Shown: one piece after another, positions 1 to 13,178 of the stretch
Position numbering within the stretch: position 1 is the first letter of the stretch
Layout: every line of letters begins with the position of its first letter
From: Podarcis erhardii
Taxonomy: Eukaryota
Length of the DNA stretch: 64,000 bases
Assembly (NCBI GenBank): GCA_964252035.1
Contig: OZ176215.1
Direction: 5' to 3' (one strand)
The notes under the pieces: generated by a model
Told to the model about the DNA's origin: nothing
The model's input: the letters and a program-made list of their open reading frames with translations, nothing else
Database searches by the model: none
Position numbers and translations under genes: made by a program

Positions 1-163
1 TTCAGGGACAGCCCCATGGAGGCCATGCTTTCCCTGGGCCTTTCCAAGCCACTTTCTAAGAATGGGGGGGAACTGCATTGTTTAAAAACACTTGAGAGTC
101 TCAGGGTGACCTTGGGTTGGCCACTGATTTGGCTTTACCTACTTTAAAGGGTTGTTGTGAGAT

Positions 164-194
<31 letters not shown>

Positions 195-1127
195 CTGTGT
201 GTGTCTGTGTGTGTCTGTGTGTGTGTGTGTTCCTGGCAGGGTGTGGGGAACAAAACCATGTTTGCTGCTTTGAGCTCCTGAGAGGAAAGGTGGGATAGGA
301 ATCAAACAAATAAACCTGAGCCTTTTGCCCCTTTTCTCAAGCATCTTGAGAACCGGGTCAGGTATTTCCTGACCTGGGCTCCATCAGTTCAGGCCAACTC
401 AGCTTCAGCACCTGCTTGTGTGTCCCTCCCTCCCTCTGTTTCTCTTTCTCCCTCTTTGTGTTTTTGCACCAGTCTCTCTCTCCCTCCCTCCCCCTGCCCA
501 TGGGCAAGGCCTGAGCAGTGCCCACCTGCCTTCCCCCTCCCATTAGCTGCATCCTCTTTGATGGGTGCTGCTTTGGGGCTGAGCTGTTTCCATCATTGCA
601 GAGGGCGCTCTGGGGCCAGGCAGCCTGGCTGTTCCCTGCAAGGTCAGCCCAAGGTTGCCTGCCAAGTAGGCTGCCAGGAATGTGCATGGGGTGGGGAGAT
701 AACCCTTTCTCCTCATCCCTCTGCTTCATCTTCTTCCTCCTGCTTCTGTTCCCCTTCCCTTTCCTGTGGATCATCTCCTTGGGCACGGCTCCAGACTCTT
801 CCTTGCTGCTACTGTGCCCGTCGGGCATCACCAGTTGGCATCAGGAGGGCTCCCCTGGCATGTGCTGGAGAGTTTGGCTATGTTCAGAGCCAGTTCAGAA
901 CTGTTTCTGAAAGGGAGAGGGCAGAACACACAGCCTCTGTACTTGGGGTGGTGGTGGTGGTTACACACACAAACACACGCTTATTCAGTCCAGGCCTTGC
1001 ACATCGGGACATAGGAGAGTCCCTTGTCCAGAGTCATACCATCTCACTCTTTATTGTCTACATACGTGGACTGGCAGCCGTTTCTCAGTTTCAGACTGGT
1101 CTTTCTCAGCACCATCTGGAGATACGA

Positions 1128-1455
1128 CCATAGGATGCTGCCTTATAGTGAGTCTGGCCATTGGGTCCATCCAGCTCACTATTGTCTAGACCAGCAGTTC
1201 TCAACCTGTGGGTCCCCAGATGTTGTTGGACTACAACTCCCATCATCCCCGACCACTGATCATGGTGGCTGGGAATGATTGGAGTTGTAGTCCAACAACA
1301 TCTGGGGACCCACAAGTTGAGAAACACTGGTCTAGACTGATTGGCAGTGGCTGTCCAGGATTTCAGACAAAGCTATCTCCCAGCTCTACCTGGAGACGCT
1401 GTTAGAACTGAAACTGGAACTTTCTGCATGTAAAACAGGTGTCCTTCCCCATGCG
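1128..1455 (-). mobile_element. Squam3-like SINE interrupted by a hAT MITE
   Basis: The reverse strand gives a tRNA-like head (..TTTTACATGCAGAAAGTTCC..), the CTCCAGGTAGAGCTGGGA body and a GGCAGCATCCTAT tail. Confidence 0.75.
1192..1329. mobile_element. 138-bp palindromic hAT MITE
   Basis: CAGCAGTTCTCAACCTGTGGGTC...GTTGAGAAACACTG termini, perfect 8-bp TSD GTCTAGAC, whole element self-complementary. Confidence 0.92.
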
Positions 1456-1479
1456 AGGATAGAACCTGGGAGGATCTTC

Positions 1480-1531
<52 letters not shown>

Positions 1532-1821
1532 TGCATCTGCCCATGAACCAGGGTGGCCTTTGGAAGCTGCCCTCTCAAAGGGGCCATGTGGCATCTCTAT
1601 GTCTTCTCTGATTGCCCCCGAGGTGTGACTGGGGCATTGTCTGTGCTGGGGGGACGACTCCTCTGTGGTGGAACTGAGGAGGGAAAGCCCAAAGTCTGCC
1701 ATGCAGGAAGGGTCTAATTCTGCACCAGGAGTAAATTGTGGAAAATAAAGGCAGTTGTGCATTCCCACCGAGACTTTGGGCTCTTCCACACCAGGCATTT
1801 AAGTTGGGGGAAATGCCATGG

Positions 1822-4800
1822 TTCATGGAGGAGTGGGCTATCGACGGCTACTAGCCATGATGGCTATGCTGTGCCTCCACAGCTCGAGGCAGCCATGCTT
1901 CTAATGCCATTTGTGGAAACCACAGGAGGCAAAAGGGCTCTTGTGCTCTTACTGGCTTCCCATTGGGGCATCTGGTTGGCCACTGTGAGAACAGGATGCT
2001 GGACTAGATGGGGTCATTGGGGAGCAAGGCTCTTCTGATGTTTTTTTGCTTCATTGTTGTGGCTCATCCAGATGACTGACATTTCCCTATGGCTCTTCCA
2101 CCATTCCAACCTGCAGAAAATTGGGTCATTCCCCCCCCCCCATAAGCCTGCAAGTCGGAATGGCTCTCTGGGCAATTTGCTCTTCTTTCCAAAGAGGTTC
2201 AAACTTGTCCTGTGACGTCTGGGGCAGGTGGACCTGTTGTTGTTCTTCGGGACGCCTTTGCTGCTGCTTCTCCTCTGGGCATCATTTTCTGTTTCCTTCT
2301 TTTAGTCAATCTTTTAATTAGCGCTGAACACTTTCTAGGCTATATTTTATATCTCCGCGCAATGGTGTTTAAATGAAAGCGTGTGACAGTGCTAATTAAA
2401 GAAAGGCTATTTGAAAAACCAAAACGATGTTGCCTTAGAAATCTGTTCCGTTTGTTTTTCGGTGAATTTAAAAGCAGACTGGCGGTTGTATCCAGCGTTA
2501 CTCCTACTCAGAGTAGACCCATTGAAATGAATTAACATGACTAAGACAGGTCCATTGATTTCAGTGGGCCTACTTTGAGCAGAACCTAGTTGAACCATGC
2601 ACGGAGAAAGGGGGCAGAGAAAAGTTTTCCTCCCTCTCTCATAACACTGGAACTTGTGGACTTTCAACAAAGCTGAATGTTGGAAGATTCAGGAGAGGGG
2701 GCAAAAGAACATCCTTCTTCACACAGTGTATGGATAAACTGTGGAACTCCCTTCCACAAGAGGCACCAACTTGGATGGCTATAAAAGAGGATGAGGCAAA
2801 TTCGTGCAGAGGGAGTGGAGGGCTACTGATGGCTACTAACTCTGATGGCTATGCTTGACCACAGTTGGAGGCAGCTATGCTTCCGAATACCAGTTTCTGG
2901 AAACGGCAGTGGGGGAGGGGCCTCTTGCACTTGGGTCCTGCTAGTGGGTTTCCTGCAGGCATCTGGTTGGCCACTGGGAGAACAGGATGCTGGACTAGTT
3001 GGGCCATTGGCCTGATCCAGCAGACCCTTATGTTTTTATGAATCACTTGATTATAACAAAAACCCAACCACTGAGTAGCGTCCCTCTCCTCCAAACAGGG
3101 TAAGCAGAACCCACCACATCTAGAAAGAAAGGGAAGCTTAACCCAGGCTTGGATCCAGGCCTCCAAGCATCCTGCCTCTAACTGTGGCTGCTCTTGATGT
3201 CCCAGCTGGGCAGGGAGGCAGGCCCTTTCTCTGGTTCCCTGCCCCTGCCTGCCCCTTGCTGAGTCTCTGCCTGGGCCTGACGCATGAGCCTGTTGTTGGG
3301 TGGGTGGGTATATTTCTCTGCAGATGGCAAGAGCTCAGAGTTTTCACCCAGATCTGTGCTAATTACTGCCACATTGTTTGTTGTCTTGCATTCATTATTT
3401 ACATTCATTATTTTAGGGGTTTATTTTGTCACCAGTGTAGCGTGGGGGTTGGGGAGGGGTGGAGTTTCCTCTCCGCCTCTTTGAGTTTCCTTTTGCTGAT
3501 TTTGGAATTCCACCCCCCCACCCCCCACCCCTGGTGGAAATGCCAGTACTGCCATTCTGGTGCAATCTGCTGCTTCCCCAAAGCTGGTGGCAGGGTATGG
3601 CCCCTTTTCCATGCAAGTGCTGCCTGGGTGGAGTGAAACTTCTTGCCCATTTCTCAAAGTGCCCCATCCAGCAGCTGTCCTAGTGCTCTGCATATGCGCA
3701 GAGACAGAACCAACAACTGTTAGGGGGAAGCTTGAGTCTCTTTCCACATCATAAAGCAGTTTCCAAGGTTTTAAGCTCCGGCACAGGAGTGGTTTAGCCT
3801 AGTCACAGTTATCTATGTTTTGGTAACCACCAGATTAGACTACTGCCATTCATTGTAGACAGGGCTGCCTTTGAAGATGGTTTGGCAGCTGCAATTGCTA
3901 ACTAGGACTCTGTGTCAGGATCATATCATGCTGGTGCTTCGCCACCTGTGTCGCCTTCTCTTCTGTTCCTGGGACCAGTTCAGAACACTAGCTTGGTCAT
4001 TTAGGGCCCTTTATGGTTTGATAATTTGATGGAGGGGTTGGACTAGTTGACCCTGGGGTCCCACCCATACCTGAAATTTTATGATTCTGTGATCACCTGT
4101 CTCTGCAGGTGCGTGTCCTTGCTCTTAAGACGATGATGGAGAACCTGTGGCACTCCAAATTCATCTTGGTCTTGGCAAAAAATCCATCCTGTTCACTGAC
4201 CCTTGGAGCCTTGGTCAAAATGCTGTCCAATGGACATCCTTGTTACCCTAACCCTTTGTGACAGGGATGGGGCCCTCTGTAGGTTGTTGGACTCAAATAT
4301 TGTTATGCAGGAGAGGAGCATTGATGGCTACTAGCCATGATGGTTATGCTCTGCCACTGGTCAGAGGCAGAAATGTTACTGATGCCTGTTGCTGCAAATC
4401 GCAGGAGGAGCTCTGGTGCTTGGATCCTGCTTGCCAGTTTTCCACTGGCATCTGGGTGGCCACAAGGAGAACAGGATGTTGGACTGCATGGGCCCCCTTT
4501 GGCCTGATCTAGCAAACTGTTCTCTTGCCCTTATGTTCTTAAGCCTGTCCTCTTTGCTATGTACCTAAGATGGTGGCTGATGCTGGACTAGGTGGGTCAT
4601 TGGCCTCATCCAGCCAGCTCTTCTTAGGTTCTTATGATTCATGGAGTAGAGGGCTATTGGTGGATATTAGTCAGGATGGCTATTCTTCTCTGAATGTCAA
4701 TAATTGGAAAAACAAAGGAGGGGAGAAGGCTGTTGTGCTCAAACCTTGCTTACTGGTTTTCCAGTGAAGCGTCTGGTTTGCCACTGTGAGGACAACAGGA

Positions 4801-4860
4801 TGCTGGACTAGATGGGCCACTGGCCTGATCCAGCAACAGGGTTCCTCTTACATTCTTACG
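1822..4860 (+). repeat. Cluster of CR1-type 3'UTR fragments with TTATGTTC tail (about 1822-2042, 2728-3038, 4315-4542, 4570-4640, 4645-4860)
   Basis: Recurrent GATGGCTACTAGCCATGATGG..AACAGGATGCTGGACTAGATGGG..GGCCTGATCCAGC motif; also near 17040-17302 and 36600-36755. Confidence 0.75.
2505..2581. repeat. Old palindromic repeat
   Basis: Arms TACTCAGAGTAGACCCATTGAAAT / ATTTCAGTGGGCCTACTTTGAGCA pair at 20/24 positions; related pieces lie near 13160-13500 and 23775-23840. Confidence 0.55.
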
Positions 4861-5579
4861 TCAGCCTCAGCCGGCATAGCCAGTGTCTAGGCATGCTGGG
4901 AGACCTAGTCCAGCAATATCTGGAGGGCCAGAGTTTCCCCATCCCTGCTGTGCAGGTCTTCATCAGAGGCCTTCTTCTCTCCCCTGGTTAACCTGGAAAA
5001 AGGGCCTTCTTCACTGTGGCTCCTGCTTGAGCAATGCTTTCCCCTTGACACTCTCATGGTGGCAATGCCAGGCAAAGACCTTTGTTATCTGGCCAGACTT
5101 TATAATCTACACTGTTTTATCACTGTAAGGTTTATACATAAAAGAAAAAATACTTACGATGGCTGCTGTTTTTCCTCTGTAGCTTGTTGGGTTTTTTTTG
5201 TATGCTTTTAAATGCTTTTAGCAATTGGACTTTGATTTATTGCAAACTGCCTTGGGGAAATCTATTTGATGGGTGGGATATCAACCCCCATAATAAATAA
5301 TTAAAATCCATTGCAGGGCTGTGTGCTGTAGCTGAGTGGTGGAGCTCAGGCTTTGTATGCAGAATAGGAGCGGCAGAGGGTAGGGGGCACAGCGGCTTGC
5401 AGGAGAGGGAAAAAAGAGACACGGACTGGTAGGGCAGTTGGTTGGAGGGTCTTGCCAAGCAAAGGGGGCCTCTCTGTTCCAGGATTCCCACCCCTTATAG
5501 GATCCAGCCAGATGCCTCCAGGAAACCCACAAGGAGGCCATGAGCACAAGAGACCTCCAGCTGGGACTTGGGGCAGGGG

Positions 5580-5772
5580 GCTGGGGCAGAGCTCAGTAGT
5601 GGAGCCCGACCTCTGCATGCTGCAAGTCTTAGGTTCAATCCCTGATGGGAGAATGAGGAATATCTCTTGCCCAAGACCCTTCAGAGAACCATTGTCCATT
5701 GGTGTAGACAGTACTGAGCTTGATGACCAATAGCCTGACTCACTTGAAGACTGGTTCCTCAGTTCCTATGCC
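5580..5772 (+). mobile_element. Squam3-like SINE
   Basis: GCTCAGTAGTGGAG A-box, GGTTCAATCCC B-box, GTGTAGACAGTACTGAGCT core, TTCCTATG tail. Confidence 0.75.
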
Positions 5773-6515
5773 TCTTATCCTGAAAGTGGCTGCTATGATT
5801 AGTCAGCCATTGCTAGCTGTTGTCCTCTGTGAATTTGTTGGTTGGCTTCTTCATAAGAGAACTGTTTCATCTCCTTCTCTCAACAGCCTTCTGGGTATAC
5901 TTTTTGGACCTGGTGTCTCTTACCAGTGCATTGGGAGTGAGGCTTCCCTCCTCTCACCTAAACACGACTCCTTTCTGCAGAATTCCAAGCAGGGAATTCA
6001 AAACCTCATCCTCTTTCTTTCTTTCTTTCTTTCTACTAATTATAGGCTGCCTTTCTTCACAAACTCGTCTCAAGGCAACAAATGCTAACAACAGAAGCAA
6101 AACATGCCAATAATACAACATTGTAGTAAAAACCCCTAAAATTCAGAAAATGCAAACAAAAATAAAAGCACAACAACGCTTTAGAATATAACTTGGCTGG
6201 GTGGGATGCTTTGTGATTCTTTGATGAAGCTGAGGCTGGCGATTCCTCTGGAGCGAAGGAATGCAGCAAGATCTCGTTATCTCACAAGAAGTGAACAAAT
6301 AGCAGTAAATGAGCATTCATAAACATTGACAAATAGTATATTGTATTGCCTTCGCTGACTGGCAGCTGTGGCTCTCCAGGATTCCAGCCTGAGTCTAGGT
6401 CTACATGAGATGCTGGCCTGTCGTTCTGTTGCTGGGTCTTTCCCTTGCTTGCTCCTGACTCTCTTTTTCTCCTTTTTCCTTCCCCAACTCTGCCTGCCTT
6501 GCTGGATCCCCACAG

Positions 6516-6533
6516 AAGAGCTAACGTTGGAAG
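6516..6533 (+). CDS. NRXN2: Neurexin-2 alpha SS1 cassette A, 18-nt microexon, (E)ELTLE, phase 1-1
   Basis: Branch-like CTGAC at 6455, pyrimidine tract 6460-6490, TGC motifs at 6491-6502, then CACAG|AAGAGCTAACGTTGGAAG|GTGAGT. Length, phase and order match the mammalian NRXN2 EEHPME exon (recalled), but the peptide is diverged. Confidence 0.85.
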
Positions 6534-8589
6534 GTGAGTAGAGGCGCCTTTCCTTGCCATTCTGATACCTAATGCTCTGCTTGGAAAGGGATTTTGGGGT
6601 GGGGTGAGAAGGGGGATTGCTGTGTGTTGATCAGATGGTTGATGTGAGATCCAAACAGTGTTTGTTTTGCGGCATTGGGGTGGGTACTGTTTGGCAATCC
6701 TGTTAGGATCTGATCTGTGCTCCATAAAGTGTAAAGGGCAGGGCTCTCCTTGTATGGGGTTGCTGGCTGGGGGTGTAGGGGAAGAGTTACACAGACCATT
6801 TTCCTTTTGTTCCTAGTATTTGGGAGGGGAGACCTGCTCTGAGGCAGCAGAGGCTTTTTCGTAGGTTGGGGGAGGCATCTGTCTGTGTGAAGGCATTTGG
6901 CAGAGCTGGGGTAGGAGAGGTGCTTTTCTCTGAGACATCCTGAGTCTACATGGTCTCATTTGCTCTTGATATGGAAGTTCCACTTAGGCGATTTCTATCC
7001 TTGAATTTCAAACGGCAACTGTGCGCATCCCAGCTGTTCTCCTCCTTGTTGGGTGTGTGCATTCAGCTTCCAGAAACATGGTACTCCTCTACCCTTTGAT
7101 AACATTTCCAGCCCTTTCTGTTGTGTGCTAAGAAACTAAAGTGGGAGCTCTGGGAATGTCAGTCTCCAATCCCCCCACCTCTGATCTGCATTAGGTGTGC
7201 CAAAATCGGGGGGGGGGGGGTGTTGCATTGCATCATGCTAAAAGAATGATTCCCATGCCCATCTGCAACTCAGCCTGTAACTTAGTTAAAGCTGGCTGTT
7301 TTGGACCACAACTCCCAACAGCACCAAGCAGCACAGCTAGCTGTATGATGCTGGGAGCATGGCTGCGTTGTCTGCAAGGCTTGATGGGAGTTGCAGTCCA
7401 AAGCAGCTGGAATGGCAGCAGGTTGGGGGGGGGGGGAAGGTTGGCTTAAGCTCATGCAACTGAAGCACCTGGATCCATTGTTTCTCCCCCCCACCTGCCT
7501 CCTCTCCCCTCTTGTCTCCTCTTTGTCAAATTTGGGACATTGACAGGTACTCTCTGAAAACACCATGGACACTTATGATGCTCCATACAACATTTGCAAC
7601 CAGAGGCCGTGGGCTGGGCTGACAAGTGCAGAAATATGCCCTCTACTCCAGCTGGGGCAAACCCTCCTTGTGATGTTCATATTTAATTTCCAACTCCATA
7701 GAGCAGGGACAGGGGAACATCTGTGGGGCCCTCTGGGCATTGTTGGATTCCAGCTCCCACAGTCCCTAGCCAACTTAGCTGATGGCCACTGATGATGGGA
7801 TAGGTTAGTCCAATGGTATCAGGAGACCTACTGGGTTTCCCCTGTTGGAGACAGAGGTTTGGAAGAGAGATTCTTACTCTCCCATAGTAGGTTTAGCACA
7901 ATGACGATTGCTCCAAGCCCATTAAAACTTGTTTGATTTACATCTGCCCTCATCCACCTTTAAACAAATGTTCCCTACAAAAATACTTTGGCAGGAATAA
8001 GTCACAAAGACTCAGCTTTGCAAATAAATGAAGATTTTACTCACAGAGTTTCAGAAATTACAGCAGATAAGTCTCTGCTGTTGGCAGTGAAATAAAGAAT
8101 AAAAAAGTTCTCAAATGACTTTAAAAGAAAGAACTTGGTTTCCTTATAAGAGAATCACACAGTCTTTGTAAAAATCACATTTTAGAAAGATTTTCTATTC
8201 ATGTGGTTTCCTTTGCACTTGAGAGCCATGCTTGGCTGCAGTTTCTTGTAGGAAGCAGAGAAAGAGGGAGGAAGCAAATGCTGCTATAAGCCTGCTAAAT
8301 CCCATCCATGGTAACTTGAGCTCAGGACACAGGTAACTCTTTCATGCACACACGTGAGCCAGTAACTATATCACATCGCCCCCATAATCCCTGACAATCA
8401 AGAAAGTGACTGGCTCTCTTTCCTATACCAATAATTTAGGAACTTTCACAACTGTAACTTAGCCAAGTTTTACTGCCTGTGTACCTTTTTTCTGAATGCT
8501 GCCTGGGAAAGCATATGAATCTGACATTTGGAGAGTTTGTTAGTGAACCATTTTTAACTTACCAAATGTTTGGTCTCTTTCTATTATAA

Positions 8590-9037
8590 GGGAAGAGGGA
8601 AGTTTTGGAACTCACAAGGGTGACCAAGATGATCAAAGGTCTGGAAACCAAGCCTTATTAGGAATGGTTGAGGGAGTTGAGTATGTTTAGCTTGGAAAAG
8701 AGGTGACTGAGAGGAGATATGCTAGTCATCTTCAAATATCTAAAGAAAGGGCTGTCACATGAAAGATGGAGCAAGCCTGTTTTCTCCTGTTCTGGAGGGT
8801 AGAACTTGAACACACAGCTTTAAGTTGCAAGGAAGGAGATTCCAGCTAAACACCAGGAAGAACTTTTTGACAGTAAGAGCTGTTTGACAGTGGAGCAGAC
8901 GCCCACAAGAAGTTGTAGACTCTTCTTCCTTGGAGGTTTTTAAGCAGAGACTGGATGGCCATCTGTCATGGATAATTTAGTTGAGAATCCTGTATTGCAA
9001 GGGGTTAGACTAGATGAGCCTGAGGTGCCTTCCAACT
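8590..9037 (+). mobile_element. CR1 LINE 3' fragment
   Basis: ORF2 end (..GTTTAGCTTGGAAAAGAGG..CTGAGAGGAGATATG) and 3'UTR ending GACTAGATGA..CCTTCCAACT. Confidence 0.85.
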
Positions 9038-9285
9038 CCAGCATGGTGTAGTGGTTAAGAGTGGTGGACTCGTAATCTGGGGAACCGGGTTTGCTTCCCC
9101 ACTCCTCCACATGCAGCTGCTGGGTGACCTTGGACTAGTCACACTTCTCTGAAGTCTCTCAGCCTCACTCACCTCACAGAGTGTTTGTTGTGGGGGAGGA
9201 AGGGAAAGGAGATGGTTAGCCGCTTTGAGACTCCTTAGGGTAGTGATAAAGCGGGATATCAAATCCAAACTCTTCTTCTTCTTCT
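9038..9285 (+). mobile_element. Young CORE/MIR-like tRNA SINE with an L2-like end and (TTC)n tail
   Basis: GCATGGTGTAGTGGTTAAGAG A-box, GGGTGACCTTGGACTAGTCAC CORE-like block and TTCTTC tail; it abuts the 3' end of a CR1. Confidence 0.8.
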
Positions 9286-12200
9286 ACTGTTTGATGAAGG
9301 GCATATTTTAAAGATCTAACACCATATATTTCCACGCTTTCCTTTGCTGCATTTTTTGTGATTTTAAATCTCTGCTGGTGTTCTCTCACCAAAGAGTACT
9401 TGCCCCAAACCTGGATCTTGGCATCCAGGGAATTTTTCTTTTTGTGCCTGTTTTTTCCCTTGCCACCAACAAGATGCTCATGGGATCTGCACTAGCAGTG
9501 ACTAACCAGGAAAGAGACAGTGAGGTCACAGTGGATGATTTGACAAAGATGCTGACCCATCTTTGTGTGAAAAAGGAGAATTCCATGTGGAGTCAGTACT
9601 CAGCATACTCTAAATAGCAGTTGTTGGGAATCACAAGTGGCAGGAGTGTTGCTGTTGTGCTGTGCTGGGCTTTCCATTGGGGCATCCGGTTGGTCACAGT
9701 GAGAACAGGAGATTTGACGAGATGGGTCTCCTTTGGCTGGATCCAGAAGTCAGGCTGTTCTGATGCATGTTCATTTGTAGCGTTTGCCTTCCCACGAAGT
9801 TGTTGTGTTGGGCAACAGGGGACACAGGGGGTTCTGCCCCCCCAAAAAAAGTTTCACTGTGGCTTGATTCAGAGTAGACTTGCATAGACTTGCACAGCAT
9901 GTGTGGTTAATCTTAGATGTGGCATGCACCTTTTGGTTCCTATTGTATTTGCATGGTTGTCTCCAGAGTTGGGTGCTTGGAAGACATGATTTGGCCCCGT
10001 GGGGTCTCAGAGTAGGGTTCCTCAGGGTTTGATCTTATTCCCCATGCTGCCTGACATTTACATAAACCCACGGAGTGAGGAGCTCTGGAGTGTGCTGTCA
10101 TCAATATGCTGTTGACATGCAGCTCTGCTTCTCCTTTGCAGCTCAAGCAGGTGTGGCGCTGAATGTGCTTGATCAGTGCCTGGTAATGGACTGGATGTGA
10201 GCCAACAAAGTGAAGCTCAGTCCAGATAAGATGGAGGCACTCTTAGTGGGTGGCCCCTCCGCACGGATGAGTGTGATGCATCCTGCTCTGGATTCCCCTT
10301 GATGGAGCAGGTGTGCGGCACTCTCGGATCCAGCACTTTCACTGAAGGCACAAGTGGTTTCTGTGGCATGGAGGGCCTTCTGGCAGCTTCAGCTGGTAGC
10401 TCATTTGCAACCCTAGCTGGATGATAACCTTGCTTTGGTTGTCTGCACTCTGGTAGCATTCAGGTTAGATTATGGCAAGGCGTTGTTTCTGGGACTGCCC
10501 TTGAAGGTGGCTTGGAAACTTCGACAGAATGTGGTGGCTAGATTGTTAACGAGGACAAGAAGGCATGGGCTAATTTCTTTCCAGAGCCACTTAGAAGCGC
10601 TGCTCTTGACCTCCAAAGCTACCTCTTTTGTAACCCCCTGTTTGTGGGAGACTCCATGTGTGGTGCAAATGCTTTTGGGGTGATTCTTAGGGAAGGAGAT
10701 GTGTGGAAAGTCTCACCCCAAGAGTCTGGGAGATTTGATACGTTCCCGCAAAAGAGAGTTTTTGCTTGGCTGCCAGTAAATTAAATTCAATCACTGTGGG
10801 CCAAACTAAATGTGTCAGGACCACAGGGGAGCAAGTCGGGGGGGGGGGGAGATATGAATCCTTTCCACCCTATCAGGGTCCCAAAGAAAATTGCCCCCCT
10901 CCTTCTCTCCCTTCAAAGCTGCTATTTGCATCCAGTGGCACCGATGTGCAGGAAGACGTTCACATGAGCCTCAGGGCAGGAATTCCAAAAATAGCACCCA
11001 GGCTGGTTGATCCGGGCGCTGCTCACAGGGCTGCCTTCTGTTCTGAGAAATGGCACTTCCCACTTCTGACGCCCCCTATACCAAAACAGACAAATCTCCT
11101 CCGTATCTCAGTCCGCCATTATTAGCATCACCACACCACCTCCTCTCCCCTGGCCGAGAGCGGCTAGACAATCAGAAACTGATACAATGCAATCCCACGC
11201 CATAAAGAGGCTCACCGCTCTGGCTAAATGACTCCCTGAGGAGTGCAGCTGGTCATCAGATCTGGCATTTGCCACATGGATAACTGGAAGGTTCGGTGAT
11301 CACGGGAAGAAGTGAGAACCAGCAAGTCAGGTACATTGCTCAAAAATCTGCAACAGCACACAGTGCCCCCTTTGTAGAGCAGTGCCCAGAAATCCTGCAG
11401 AAGCACACAGTGCTTGCTTGGTAGTGCAATGCCCAAACTTGGGCAGGCTCTCACTGATCAAAGTGCTTGTCTGTCTGTTTCCCACCATGTCTTGGCTGTG
11501 CCAAGATTGTTCAAAAGGAAAGTTCTCAGTTGGGTTTTCTTTGCTCTGGTTCCTTTATTCTGTTCTGCCACATAATTTTTTCCTTGAAGCATGCTGGAGG
11601 GCAATTACACTTTCCTTCAGACCAGATTCTTTTTATCTGGCTGCATCACATGTGGGCAGCAGTGCTAAAGCAACGTAACTGCCACAGAGCCCACCACCTG
11701 CCAACTCCAAAAGAAGATGATGAAGACCAAGAAGATAATGATGATGATGAAGAAGCTGGGACTGTGTAGTCCCTTTTGTGAAGCTGAGATCTTAACCTAA
11801 GCCCTGCAGGGCTGAGGCTTGTTTTTCCTTGGAGGCAGAAAATGGGCCTGCTCATTTGAATGCAGCCCTTTTCTAATGTGCAAGTTGGTAGCCTTTATGC
11901 TCACTATGAGACAGATCAAGAGCCTCTTTTGCAGAAGCAATGGCACATTTGATGTAGAAGTGGTATGTTTTGGGGCAGGCGGGGGCGGGGGGACGGGACA
12001 TAAGACACAATAGACGAGCAGAGGCACAGAGGTGTCATGAAAGCCATCCCCAGGCAGATAAATGGTCTGTCTAACCCTGTTGTGCTGCAAATGTCAACCC
12101 ATTTCAGAGTGGTTGCAAATCTGTAACATAGGCATGTCCAAAGCCTGTCATGGAACAATACCAGTAACGGACTTTGGGCTTTCAAATTTCAGCAGCGCCC

Positions 12201-13178
12201 TGTGCAGTGCCATATTTTGGTACCCCCCAGCCTCTCGCCTTGCATTCTACATCACTGTTGCAGTGCCCACTGTGGCGGCTTCTCAGCTCAGTGCCCAGTG
12301 TGGGGAAACCAGTTGCACTCTCCTAAATTTGCCTCTGACAATTCCCTCTATTTCCAAAGTCCAGGTACCCAGAATGGTACCAGTGAGGCACCCAAGTGCT
12401 GGAGGAAGCCAATGGTCTGCAGAAGTATGAACAAAAAAATAGAACAAAAGACCTAAGCTGGCAGAGGTGGGGGAGGACTCTGCAGAAATAGCACAAACAG
12501 AACAGAGCATGTTCAATGGGCTCGGAATGTGTCTGGGGGACTGGGCAAGTCACCTCTACCTGCTGGAGTATCCAGCTGCTCTGTGAGTTGAAACCTTGTG
12601 TTCACTCAGGGTGGGTCCCAGCTAGTTCCATAATCCCAATGGTCAAAGTGTTTATGGGGGTTGGGGTCCCATAGGTTATCAGAAAGATGTAATAATTCCG
12701 TTTTAATGGGTTTTCCCCTCCCCAACTGTATTCTAATGTGTTTTACCAGTTGATATTTTCAGTTCATTTTATGCAATTTGATTCTAACCAACCGTGTGGC
12801 AGACGCTTCTCATGCTCTTAATCTAAACCTGTCCACAGTCCAGAAGACTGCCATCTTCATTATAGTTGAAAATGATAGTTGCTTTTTTTCACCACAGGTA
12901 GACTCATGTCATATTTCCACAAGTAATCAGTGTTGGCTTTCTGTGTTCTGCTGATGTTTCCTCCCTCTCTGTGTCATATATTGACCTCAAATTCTTCACT
13001 TGAGATGGCACGGTCAGGGGGTTCCCTCTTTTCAGAACTTTATTAACTGCTAGAACTGCCCAGTAGATTCACTGCAAATTAACTCGGAGAGAGGATAAGC
13101 TTTATAACTTGGTTGCCTTGTTGAAACTATCTGAATAAAATAATACAAACTAGAGGCTGTAACCAATTCAGTTCTACT

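Noticed and set aside
9378-9617. 79-aa ORF behind a pyrimidine-rich tract
   Set aside because: No neurexin similarity, no convincing donor site and no recognisable domain.
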